The notes under the pieces are model-generated. The model was not told the origin of the DNA and ran no database searches. It saw only the letters and a program-made list of their open reading frames with translations. The translations under genes and the position numbers were made by a program. Below, piece by piece: positions 1 to 13,300 of a stretch of 64,000 nucleotides of DNA. The stretch is from Antedon mediterranea (Eukaryota > Animalia > Echinodermata). How positions within the stretch are numbered: position 1 is the stretch's first letter; each line of letters begins with the position of its first letter. The DNA lies in assembly GCF_964355755.1 (NCBI RefSeq), contig NC_092672.1, forward strand, positions 3,472,001-3,536,000. Reading direction: 5' to 3'.

Positions 1-96
1 CGTATCTCTCTATCTATTTAGCTGTTAAAAACTAATTAAACTCTGTATTTTGTTGTTAAAATTAAATTTTTATTTTAATTGCATTTAAAAACACAG

Positions 97-3000
97 GGTT
101 GAACCAGGTAGAAAGACGGTATAGTCAGCGTTTGACGCCAACCTCTTCTCCATCTGAACATTCTCAAAGGTACTACTCACCACAGTTTCCTCGACGAAAA
201 CCACACTGGAAACCAAACTCTCCTGTGACGCCTACAAATAAGTTCCTCACCAAAGATGGAACGAACAGTCCACGGGCAAAAGCAGGTTCACGTCAACTAT
301 TTATGCCTACACCATCTCCCACCCCAACGTCACAGCCTCCTAAATTTAATAAGAACAACAATTTCTTTAAGGAACGTTCACAGGCAGTGTACGATGACAG
401 CGATGGTGACCAAACGCTCGAGTTGTCCAAGATGTCAAAAGGAAGTGTATCTGACGTTAGTTCAATTGGCTTCCCAGATGACAAATGTTCAAGAACACAA
501 TCAAATTGTTACGAATCGGTAATTTTGATACGTTTTGGTTTTTTTTTTATTAAAGATGTATTGTCCCCCAAAAACATGAAAAATGTATATTAATAAAATA
601 AGACTTTAAATAGGCCATTTTGCAGTTTTAATAAAGTTATTCATCTCTGTAAAAAAAATATTTCACTTATAACAAGACAAACGAAACCGTTAATTTAAAC
701 CAAAAACCATTGTCTGACAGACAATTTAATATTGCTTGCTTTAAATTACATTTTTTTCAGGTAAATCAATTTGTTTTCGACCAGTTTTTGGTCAAAGTGG
801 ATAACTATTACGTGACATTAAAATGGCATATTCAACAAAAAATGTTTTTAGGGGACAATATATCTTTAAGATCATAGCTTAATTATGAACTTTACTTTGT
901 CAGATTTTTTGGAGAGCTTTAATTGGAGGTAAATAAATATGTAACATAGCAATTGTTTTAATAATTAAACATTTTTCATCGTCATTTTTCCTAGGACAAT
1001 GGGTCCGAGTCTGAATCGTACATACGTGAGAACGAATCAGAAAGAAGGCGTCGTCGTCGACTTAGCGCAGGCAGCGTGTCGTTGATGAGCCTAGCAGCTA
1101 GTCGAGAAGTGCTCAACGATATTTTCAAAAGTGAAAGAAATGAGAACAAATGGATGAAAGGTGTGATTGGGTTGTGCGTAGCAATATTTCTAGGTGCCAT
1201 ACTGTTCATCGGCTTGCACTACGGACTTTATTACACGGAAGTTGTGTCGGTTATCATCACGGCAGCGTCGACATTTTTCATAGTTCTAGGACTAGCATTC
1301 AGTGGTAAGCATATCAAGATAATGATTATAATAGTAATAACATATATATGCGTGTGCAGTGCTGAGCCGTTAATATGATCATTAATTTAATATAATTACT
1401 ATTAATAATTAAAACTATTATTAAATGAAAATGAAATAAATGAAACTTTAAACACGTATAGGCCTACATATTCTATCGACGAATAATTGATCTGTTTGGC
1501 CCACAATACAACTTCAACCTGGATTTTATTTGCTGATTGTACTCCATCATATGTCCGATTGTCAACATAGTATTTCATTTTTAAAGAATATTTAACTAAA
1601 AATGCACTAACTTTTATTATTTTATTTCTCGACAATACACTATTGGCATTAGTTGTTTTCATTCGTTCTTTTACACGGGTTTATTAAGTAAAATACTAAT
1701 AATACATTGTAATTTGTTTTGTATTGCAGTTAGATCAAGATGTATTGCGGCGTTAATGGTTCCAACTTTATGCACTTCCAGAGGGCGTGCTGCTGTTCTT
1801 GCTTTGACTCTTGGGCTATTATTGAACGGACCAATCAAAAACCTCGTAAATAATGCAAATCAGCTGACAGAAGCCATGACGTGTAACGCTGAGGTAAGCA
1901 ATTTTCACGTTATATACTTTTTATTAGGACTAATACAAAATTTGGACGAAAACCAATTGATGATCCTATCAAATAAGGTTATATACCAGTAGTATAATTA
2001 TGATGAGCAACAATAAAAAGAATTTAAAAAGAGTCAAATTAAAATCAAATAAAATTGAAAACCAGGCCACATGAAATTACTTTCCAAACATTTTTCATCT
2101 TTACATTTAAACCGAAAAAATGTATTTGTCTTTCAAAATGTAAACACGCTTCATGCTTTTCTATCACATGACATTTACGGATCCGTATGCAGTTTCTACT
2201 TTCGATTGTGCGCACTAAAGCGTGGTTCCCACTAGAGAACGAAACGCAGCGCGTATTGACGCAATGATGTATTGCGTAATCACAAGTGGGAACCGACGAC
2301 GCAACAGTGCTGCAAAAATCACAGGTTTGATTTCACGCAGGCGGGGGTAAACACAATTATTGGAAGGGCATTTGCTTATGTTGCGTAGGTTGCGTTAGTT
2401 ACCTACCTCACAAATGGGAACCAAATACACGCATGCAAGTAGTTAGAACGAGTATTTACAGTACAATTAAAATAAATTAACATGATTCATATATTTGTTA
2501 TATTTTTGTTGTCATTATCGTATAGGTTTTAAATATGCATAGTGAACAAATACAAGAAGCTGCGTTAAAATCATTTGATGATTACGTCGAAAACGTAGAA
2601 GCCAGTCTAGAGACACTTGAATCTATAGCCACGGACATCCAAGAGTCTATGGAACCTCTCACTGAAGGAATTATACGAGTTAATGACCAAATAGAGGTAC
2701 TATTTGTGTGCACTTTTTAATAAAACTACAGTACTGTACAATAAATAATGACGTATAAATTGTAGTGCGCCCTCTATATCGTCACACAAAATTGGTTTCT
2801 TTTGGCGCATCAAATACCATTTGGTGCTTAATTATTAGATCGAACATCTGAACATGCTTAACTCCTACCGGCGCGCATTTATATCGTCCGATCTATTGTC
2901 GTGATGAAAGCATCTTACTATAATACAATAACATTTTTCTAGAACGCTGCAGATGCTTTGAAGAACTCTGCAGAAACGTGTGTAAGAACGCTGAACAACG

Positions 3001-4449
3001 CATACGACGAGTGTATATTACAAATAAACAGTGTGTATGAAGACTGCAAAAGTAGCCTTAGAATAGGTAAATGACCTATCATTTTATTCTTTATTATTGT
3101 ATGTACGGGGTTGGCTAAATATGGTTCAGATGCCGCACTCATTTCTTCTACCTTCCATTTCAGATATTGACCTATGTGCACCTTTGGGCATTACTGATGT
3201 TTTCTGCGAGACAGTCAAAATCGGTACCGGACTTTGTCAGTTACCAACGTTAGGAGATGACATATTTGATATACTCATTATTGACGGGATAGAGGAGGCA
3301 GTTGAAGAGTTAGTTGACATGTTTGAGGTCAACGTGGACTTTGTACCCACGTGGCAGGACGCGCTCGTCAATTTTACAGGCGATCCGAAGGCTATTGCCG
3401 AGAAAATAAGCGCCAAATTAGAAGACACATTTGGAACATTTGATATTCTCATCTTGTTTTTGGACCGTCTTGTTGCGTTTTCGGTTGTTTATCTACTCTA
3501 CCGATCATATAGGTATCATTCAAATTATGTCACAAAGGACAAGTTTGATAATTTTTACATCACAAAAGAGTTCCGGAAAGTCGATAAAAACAGACGTGAA
3601 AACGGTAAGGAATTTGTTCTACCGCTTAAAAAATATGAGAAGAAAACCATGATTGATGTGACCACGTTATCACTATCTCATCCCGAGAAAGGTTCCTTCA
3701 AAATCGGCTTAGCATCAGTTATTCTAAAAGCACTTATAACAGCTATCATCATACTAGTTGACTATGGATTCTATTGGCTACTAACAGTAATAGAAAGTCT
3801 ATATAAGGAAATCAATTACAGCGCATCAGGTGGAGGCGATCTGAGCTACAATATTGAGGGAGATGGTCTAATGGCGGACTTTGCACGCAACCTGTACGGC
3901 GAAGGCCCACAAGATTCAAACACGTACGAAATACAATCACAGGCACAAAAATGTATTCCAAAACCATTCAAACCAGAGGACAATACTGCCATTATTATAG
4001 GTGTTTTATACGGTGTAATCATATTGACTGTTCTTTTCCAAGCGTACGCTTTGCGTTTACGTCGCTGGATCGCGTCATATTATTACCCAGAGCGTGAACA
4101 AGCTCGAACGATGTATCTTTACAACAAAACGCTAAGAAAACGTAAAACGCTTTGGTCAATATTAAAACAAACAATAAAAGAGAATCGCCGAGAACAGGTT
4201 GAGGCAGAGAGAATAAGTTTTAGGGCGTGGTTAGCTACGCACAACAAATTATGTGGTATTATATTCGCGAATAAAATGCACGTGTGCCTCGGCTGTGCAA
4301 CCGGAGAAAATGAATCGTTTTATATTTGTGAAACTCCGCGGTGTAGTGGCGCATACTGTGGCGAGTGTTTGGAGCAAGTAGGAAGTCTTTGCACATTGTG
4401 TGGCGATCCCATTGATATTGAAAGCGGTGTTAAAAATTCCAAAATATAA
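97..4449 (+). CDS. DC-STAMP domain-containing protein with C-terminal C4C4 RING-like finger (DCST1/DCST2/sneaky/SPE-42 family); 5' end probably outside the window
   Basis: Phase-consistent GT/AG exons: 97-518, 995-1304, 1730-1893, 2526-2696, 2943-3066, 3164-4449 (about 824 codons). Family-like motifs: TM pair then RCIAALMVPTLCTSRGR...GPIKNLVNN...MTCNAE; YVTKDKFDNFYIT; YALRLRRWIASYYYPEREQARTMYLY; CLGC..CETPRCSGAYCGEC..CTLC. AATAAA at 4643 and 4846. Paralog (DCST1 vs DCST2) cannot be decided by eye. Confidence 0.9.
554..865. mobile_element. Non-autonomous DNA transposon (Kolobok-like MITE), TTAA target duplication
   Basis: TTAA|AGATGTATTGTCCCC ... GGGGACAATATATCT|TTAA; homologous copy at 54232-54579 and partial inverted copy ending at 57406. 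AG..CT termini plus TTAA fit Kolobok. Confidence 0.75.
2218..2424. mobile_element. MITE family 2 (TIR AAGCTTGGTTCCCACTAG), degenerate copy
   Basis: Left end AAGCGTGGTTCCCACTAG, right end ATGGGAACCAA, ACGCAA-rich interior; homologous to 27928-28087 and 42295-42445. Confidence 0.6.
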
Positions 4450-5204
4450 TTTAGCTGCTGTGCGGGGATCGCTGCCGACACTAGGCATTTAATATAATAT
4501 AAAATGTTCAACACATAACATGTATCACTTATTCTACAATGACGCATGGAAGAAAGTTTGATGCGACACTTACTCGACGAACGCAGCGAGCTAATTTTTT
4601 TTTTATCATTAGCAAAAAGAGGCATTTGATGCCGAATTCCAAAAATAAAAATGTATAATATATAAAAAATACTTAAAGCTGTTTACCTTATTAAATTTTC
4701 ATCTCTTGGCTTACGAAAACATATCTCTTTTGGCTATAGGTATAATTACTAGGAACTATAATTGACTCAGTGTCCTTAAACAACCTATTTCCATAACTGT
4801 TAGGCTTTGGAAAAATGAAAGTAACTATGAATGCAGTTATTTCATAATAAAACCTCAGCCATTAAAACAGAACACACTGCAAACATTCTGTATGCTGATC
4901 AGATCAATTATTACTCGCTTCTTAAGTTTCTACCAAAAACATTATAAACTACACAACATGTCTCGTACTAAAATATTTATTGGTTCTCTATGCATATTCA
5001 ACGATGTTGATAAAAATCGTATTTAAATAAGTTGCTTTTATTTCTATTGAGTTTAGTGGGTTACATAATAATATACTGGCAAGGTTAACAACAAAAATTA
5101 AAAAGTGTCAATATTGCACTATTAAGCAAACAATAACTACAAATAACACAGGTGACGTTGCTAGGTATGGCAAGTGATAAATGAACGCGTTCGTACAGAT
5201 TCAA

Positions 5205-5692
5205 TGACATCATAAACTGTAAGTGATGTCATTCAACGTCATACATAGAAAAGGTTGTGATGTCATAAACATTAAAGACTGTGGTGTCATACACAATAAT
5301 GACTGTGGTGTCATACACAGTAAAGGCTGTGATGTCATACACAGTAAAGGCTGTGATGTCATACACAATAATGGCTGTGATGTCATACACAATAATGGTT
5401 GTGATGTCATACACAGTAATGGCTGTGATGTCAAATAGCAATGGTTGTGATGTCATACACAGTAATGGCTGTGATGTCATACCTAGTAATTGATGTGATG
5501 TCATACATAGTAATTGATGTGATGTCAAATAGCAATGGTTGTGATGTCATACACAGTAATGGCTGTGATGTCATACCTAGTAATTGATGTGATGTCATAC
5601 CTAGTAAAGGCTGTGATGTCAAAGAGCAATGGTTGTGATGTCATACTAGCAATGGCTGTGATGTCATACTAGCAATGGTTGTGATGTCATAA
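5205..5692. repeat. Minisatellite, about 24-bp unit TGTGATGTCATACACAGTAATGGC (22-24 bp variants)
   Basis: Roughly 19-20 head-to-tail copies read directly; explains the MTSQPLLC/GCDVIH ORFs. Confidence 0.95.
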
Positions 5693-6624
5693 ACTGTATA
5701 AGCTGCATGTGCCTGATTGTTTTCTATTAAATTCTATTTGTTTATATTGTGCATTTTAAACACAATGCAAGTGTAGGCATTCCTCCTAACATAGATAATT
5801 TTCAAATAGTAATATTTCTTACCTATAGACACACTATTTACAATGTAAAAATACAGCTAAAATACAGTAACAACATGGATAGCTGTATTCATCAAAAACT
5901 GTATAATAATCTACAAAAATATTATTTATTACATAACTAATAGTTTATAGAATGTTCAATGTTAGTTATTTAACAGTCCTGTCCAGTATCAGTAAAGGAC
6001 ATTAATACAACAGCTATTAACATACAACATTAAGTTATTAATATTCATGTTCCTTATAATGTTATGAAATCTATTTGCACTAAAAATGATTCCGAAATAA
6101 ATATACTTTAGCACCAAACAGGCTGTGTGTTCTATTGATTGCAAATTCATCTATTTTATTACTTGCATAGATACAAAGATTATCATCTGTAATTGTAAAA
6201 CGTTTAATTACTAAATCTCAAGTAATTTTGGACAAAAGATATAGAAATAGCCACTACAATAACAATGTATATACATTAAACACAACAATATAACATAATA
6301 TATAGCAATTCTAATAGAAAAACAATCCAGAAAATAACACATACATGTGTAGTTAGAACTAACAATACTCAAACACACCTTAACACACGTTATAACACAA
6401 ACAAATACAAATGTATTTTTCTGCTCTTTTTTTTTTAAAGATAATAGTACAGCACCAATTTTTCTTTTGCTATATATAATTCTAAAATATTCATAATATT
6501 TACAAACGCTAGTTTACAATACAACGCACTTCTGTAGCAAATGGGTAAAAGTTCAGAATACTGCAGTAACTCATTGATATACTGCAGTAAGTCAGCACAC
6601 TTAATGTACAAGTCAAACAAGATT

Positions 6625-7135
6625 AATGATGATTCTGATGAAATTATAATGATGATGATATGGTGGTATTGATAATAAAGTATTGATTATCATTATAGTA
6701 TATTATGATTAAGCGTGGTGATAATGATTATAGGTATTGATTATGATTATAGAATATTGAATATGATTATAGGGTATTGAATATGATTATAGGTTATTGA
6801 ATATGATTATAGGTTATTGAATATGATTATAGACTATTGTGATTATAGGGTATTGATTATAGAGTATTGATTTTGATCATAGAGTATTGGTTATGATTAT
6901 AGGATACTGATTATGATGATAGAATATTGATTTTGATTATAGGATATTGATTATGATTATAGGATATTGATTATGATTATAGGATATTGATTTTGAATTA
7001 AGATACAGATATTGTAATTATAGGGTATTGATTATGATGATAGAGTATTAGTTTTGATTATATGGTACTGGTTTTGATTATAGGGTATTGCTTACGATTA
7101 TAGATATTGATTATGATTAAAGAGTATTGATTGAT
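6625..7135. repeat. Minisatellite, about 20-bp unit GATTATAGGATATTGATTAT
   Basis: Degenerate tandem copies starting about 200 bp downstream of the smoothelin stop codon (minus-strand sense). Confidence 0.9.
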
Positions 7136-7332
7136 ATTGTAAATTGATCAAACTTAAAATGAGAAAATATTAACCATAACAAGCGCTATACCATTCGATA
7201 TCTTGAAATCATGATTTAAAAACTATAAAACAGGAATTTATAAATCATAAAGCAACCTGAGGTAGCATGCTGTTAGTGTAATTCATATGAGTAACAACAA
7301 AATGGTAAATAAATCGTCTGATGCTTCGCCTC

Positions 7333-10300
7333 TCATACAGGGCTGACTGGCTTGCCGTTAAGGTTCCTATACAAACTTTGAACATACGTGAACACACATT
7401 TCCAATCTGGCGTGTCCTTCATCATGATCATGTCGTCAGTGTCTAGTAGAGGCATGATGTTGGCCAGTGATCTAGTACACAAAGGAAACCCAAATAGTCA
7501 ATAGATGTATAGTTTGTACATAAATGTATCCAATAGTAAAGAAAGTTCACTTGTCAATGGTTTTTTTTTTCAATCTTAATCTGTCTTTTTTTTTTTTTTT
7601 TTTTTTTTTACTTATTGTCTTTTGGACAAAAATAAATGCTTTTTGAATTGAATAACTATATATACATTACATTACAAACATTACCATAATAACCACAAAA
7701 TCATTTCCAGTATCTGTAACTACTGTACCATAAACAGCATGGTAATCATAACACCATGATGGTACAATGACATAAACTGAACCAGGGAGAGGTAATCATA
7801 ACACCATGATGGTACAATGACAAACTGAACCAGGGAGAGGTATCTCCCTGACTCAATCATCTCCAACTCATCCTCCAACACCTCAACATCTCGAGCTCCG
7901 TCTACACTATAAAACTAGTCCATACCATATATAGTAGGGATAAACCCAAATATGATAGTATGACATCATCATGCCCATATATTATGGGCACATTTTTTTT
8001 GTCACATAAGTTTGATAGTGTAGACAGAGCTTTACACCAATCCATGCCAACTCCATGGTCGCAAACACATACCACTATCACTAATAACGCCACTAGCTTA
8101 ACCATGTCACCATCACCTATGTACCGTCCAATCAGATTACAAACTTACTCTGCTGTAGTAAAAGCAAGGTCAAAGTTGCGTCGTCTTTCTTTAGGGTCAA
8201 GTTCATCAAAGTTGAATGCACCTGGATAGAAATGATGAATAACAGCACAAAATGCCATGCCATTGTTCCAACTACGAGAGAAATTCTCAATCTTTACGTT
8301 CTGAAATAAATAGAGGTAAAAATGGTCACTAAAGCTCTAAATGTGATGTGCCCATATATGGACATGATGATGTCATATCAGTACCATATGTGGGCATATC
8401 ACTACCTTATTTGAGCACATCACATTTTTTTTGATAGTATAGACATATCTTTATACTGTACACTGGTGGGACAGACATGCACCAAACAAAAACCATCCGA
8501 TACACGGTTCTTGTGGTGAGTACCTCTCTGTTATTGCGGTGGTCCTTAGAGGGCGTAATCTTGCAAGAGTGGACTTTAGATGTGTGCGCCATTCTGAAGG
8601 CTTGGGTTAAAATAAATTCCACGTAAAATTGTGTGCGATTGTATTTATCATAGGGAGGATGCCTGACACCCCTCAAATACAACTATTGAGAGCTTGATTA
8701 AGTTAGGTTAAGGAACCTGATTGTATTTATCATAGGGAGGATGCCTGACACCCCTCAAATACAATTATTGAGAGCTTGATTAAGTTAGGTTAAGGAACCT
8801 GATTTGTTATGTGTATTGTTTTTGATGAGACGAATAAAGAGATTGATTTGAAGCTGTTGAGTCAAAAAGTAATTCTGTGCACATTTATCTAATATCCAAT
8901 TGTGAAAAGGTTATTTATAAATTTTTTTTTTTGGCCTGCGTCAGTCTTAATAATGACTAAGCAAGGACTGTTTAAAGCACCTTGATTGGTCCTAACATTG
9001 ATCAAGGGCTTCTCTCGTCTAGTGCCCGCCTTCACCAGAGGAAAGGCAATGGTCAATACGTCTGAGGCAGATACTAGATGCAGGGGCTGCCATAAGTGTC
9101 AGCTGTGCTTAAATGCCTAACGGGACTCCAACTCCAAAACGGTTATTAGAGCACAAATAAATATTGTACATACTGGATATTCACTAGTAATTCTTTTGCA
9201 CCAATCCAGTAGCTTAGCCTTGATAGAGTTCGCATTCTGGACCATCATACGTGGAGGCCCAGCAGAGCTTGCCCCAGCCTGAACTTTGCCCCCAAACATT
9301 TGCATGATGTTAGCCTTCTTGTTCTTGGCTGCCGCTTGGTCTGCACGCCTTTGTTCCTGAAGTCTTTTGTTCCTACAATAAATTAAAAAAATCAACTACT
9401 AGACAACCAGTTTATTACACATAACTATTTATACTATTAGATCCTAACTTTAGAAGAGTTAAGGCCCTAATTCTAGGGTTAGGAAGAGCAGTGATTTTAT
9501 TGACTACCTTGCGGCTTGTTGTTCCTTCCATTTCACTGCTTCTTCCGCTCGTTTCTCTTCCCTTTCTTTTTTCTTTTTTGCAAGTTCTTCATCAAACTTT
9601 GACACTGAAAAAAATCATTAGAAGATGATAAAACGAATTTATTAACTAGTATTAGGTGTTCTTTGCAAAAAAGCGTGAATGAATCATTAAATCGCTGTTT
9701 AAGTAACAGAAAAAAAAATAAAATAATGATATAAATCATGCAGAACTCTTCCCCTACTTACTTTTTCTTGACGTCAATGGTTGTGATTCTGGCACTTTTG
9801 ATGATGATGACGACGAAGATGATGAACTAACAGTGGTGGACTTCTTTGAATATGAAAACCCACATGGTCCTAAAAACAAAAAGTAACAATGTACAGTTGA
9901 AAGTAACAAAATCTTGAAACATTCAAACAGTACATATTAAATATTATTTTAATTTCAAAAGGCAAGGGAAAAAACTGACTAGAAACAAAGTAAAAAGGTT
10001 TTAGAAGCTAGTAAGTATATTAGTTATTTTTGCTTTATAAATGCTATAGCTCTGTCTACACTATCAAACTATATGTGACAAAAAAATATGATGTGCACAT
10101 ATATGGACATGATGTCATATCACTACCATATTTGGGCATATCACTACTATATTTGGGCACAACACACTTTTTTTGTCAAACTAGTTTGATAATGTAGACA
10201 GAGCTTTAGTTTACAGATATGTAGGACGAAAACAAAACCAAGTGAATTTAAGAATATCAAATATAATCTAACTGTGATCACCTGTCTGTAATATTATGTT

Positions 10301-13300
10301 ATAATTATTAACCGTTCATCATTAATTGTTAAAACAGGTTAGAACACTAGTAGCATAATTATCAAAGCCTGGGTGGTTGCTGTAAAAGTGTCTACAGAAT
10401 GTTATTTTCTTGTGTCAGGGCCTACACAGCGTGTTAAGGCAATAGAGATGATAAGATAGTGTCAACCTTGTGTTGTTAGATGTAACCATACACAGTTGGA
10501 CGTACAGTACTGTAAATACTGACGTGTAAATAGAACTTGATGAACTATAGGCTATATTTTTGTAATTGGTAATGAATCAAAATAGCACACCATATTTCTA
10601 TACAGTATCTCCAGGATCTCAAGAAAGCAGGTCACACTATTTTTTTTTTATTCCTCTTTTTGGATTTTTTTGGGGTTTTTTTGGCATAAAAAACAGGGCT
10701 GTAGCCACCAGTACGGGGCCGTATCCACCACTTTTTCACAGAGGCCTTTGACAACCCAGTGGCTTGAACAGAGATTATTCTCCTTTCTTACGAACATTGC
10801 ACCACTATATTTCTTGTGGCTATATCATCACTGATCAAAAAGCATGCACAATTTATTAAGTTGGAAAATGTATTTAGAAAATAAATCACAGAACACACAA
10901 GAAATCAAGGGGGCGCAAAAACAGGTGCAGATCAAAAACTTTGTTTTTGTTTTGCTCACAATATTTCCTTACCATCTTGCCGGACAACTTGTTCAGTGGT
11001 TTCGGTTTGACTCTTTGTTTTACCATCTATCATAGAGAGCACAAGTAGAGGACAGAGCACAGTAGAAAGAAGTAGAGAGAAAGACATTGACATATCAAGA
11101 TAGAGTGTATATATAAACATATAGAGCATAGTCACAGAGAAAAAATAAATAGTTGCCTTGCTTTGTTTATACTAGTTATTATTACAGTATTAACATTTAT
11201 AGAATATATAATATAATAATATAATACTGTACATATTATAAACTAAAGTTAAAACATTAAACCTATTCTAGTCTTTTATAAATATATTATTAATTCTATT
11301 TTATATTATTGTAATTATTATACTGTTAATTATTATTATTATATTATTATGCTATTGTTATACAGGTACTGTAAATATAATGTTAAAAAATGCTAACAAC
11401 TTTATAACAATTTCAATTTGGATTGGGAACCATCTTTTAATTTTTTTTTTAAAGAAAATTAATGGGTGTAAGTATTAAGGTCTTTCTACACTATCAGAGA
11501 ATGAGAATAAAAATATGATGTGCCCATATATGGACATGTCATCACTACCATATTTGGGCACATCACACTTTTTTGTCAAACTAGATAGTGTAGACAGATA
11601 TAGACTTGATATATTGAAATTGATTGAAATATATATTTATACTGGGTAACCTCTTCAGTCAAAGACTGGTCTCCCAGAGGGCCCAGTTGGTGATCGGTGG
11701 CTGTGATGTACTAATACACCGGGGTAAGCCCCTACTCGTCTCAAAAGATGTACAGGTTCTTTAAAGTGCACACGAGCTAGGTGTGTACACTGGACCTACA
11801 GTTTATAGTCTTTATCCGAGAAGACATGTTCTACCACCAGAACCATGGAGTGAGTGAGCCTCGAACCCCTGCCGATGTTATGGCTACGTAATTACGGTTC
11901 CACTGTCTTAACCGCTCGACCACTCACTCACATATAAATCTCTTCTTTAAAAAAAGTAATACTTCTTTGTTGTCTTGGACCTGCGTGATAACATAATTGT
12001 TAAAAAATGCGTAACAATATTACGTTTAAGTAATCAAACATTTTTATCTTACCCGCTGATTTTGAAGTGATTGATTTTGTAACACTTTGTACTCCATTTT
12101 TCTCGACAGTTTTTATATTTGTCGTCGTTTTTGTATTTCCATCATCTGTTACCACTGATTTCTCATCATCTTTGTTAACTTTTATGACTTTTGTTTCTGG
12201 TTTTTCTTTGGTAATTGCTGTAGAGTTATTATTCGGAGACAGCGGAGGTTTATTATCAACGGGTGTGCTTGGCGTTGACAGCGGTGGTTTGTTATCAACT
12301 GGGGTGCTTGGCGTTGAAAGTGATGGTTTATTGTCAATGGGTGTGCTTGGTTTTATTGTCGTTGGTTCCTTCTTTGTCGATTCTTGTTCATTTATATTAT
12401 TGTTTTTGTCGTCTGTATTTTTAATATTTGTTTCTTGCCGTTTTTGTCGTCTCCTCTCTCTATCAGTAATCGTAGGTTGTTCTGTAATATCTAAGAAATG
12501 CAATTTTCCAAAAATTAAAAAATTCTAAATATACAAGAATAATTAAGAAAATAAATTTCAGAGATAAATAAATCATCATTCATCAATAAAAAATTAATTG
12601 AAATCATTCTTTCATTATCACATCAGTGTTATCATTATCATTGGGCGTGTTTCTGCTGCAAATCCTCAAAATACGGTACGGTAAAATGGTATATTTTATA
12701 ACAAATTTTTTAGTACCCTGTTTCTGCTAGAAGTACTATCTTGGGTGGTCGTGTTAAAATTCATCTTTTTTTACCCAATCTGCCTTTCGATCCCCCAAAA
12801 TGGGGACAAGTTATTCCTTCCTTGCTCGAATTAGAATTTAAATTCTTTGGCGATGTAATTGTAGCCTCTGCTTTCTGTTTTGTTATTGACTTGTTTCAAT
12901 GATAAGTTCGCACACCCCATACTCTCCTTTAACTGTTGCTAAATTATCTTTTTAAATCTACCTGTTCTGTTCCTTTTTAATTTTCCCTAAATATTTGTTT
13001 CCCCAGATTGTTTGCAAATGTTGTTCCTTACTTTCGCTGACTATAGATTATCCATCCATGTGTAAAAAGCTTACAGAAAATTAAAATATTTTTTATTGGC
13101 AGCAGAAAAGGGTACCAAAAATACAGTAGAAATTTATAAATACCGTATTTTATCCACAAATTTGGTGGCGAAAATATGGTATACAAAATATGGTATATTT
13201 TTTTTATGATCTCCATTTTCCGCTGCTAAAAATATACCGTACAGTATATATACGGTATTAAATATGGTATTTACTTGGCAGCAGAAACAGGGCCATTGTC

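Noticed and set aside
5210-5622. Overlapping ORFs MTSQPLLC.../GCDVIH... on both strands
   Set aside because: Artefacts of a stop-poor 24-bp minisatellite; no splice context or domain.
12067-12528. Hydrophobic 153-aa ORF that looks like a membrane protein (also 25622-25900, 26144-26620, 33737-34090, 41887-42090)
   Set aside because: Antisense shadows of K/E/T/D-rich smoothelin exons.
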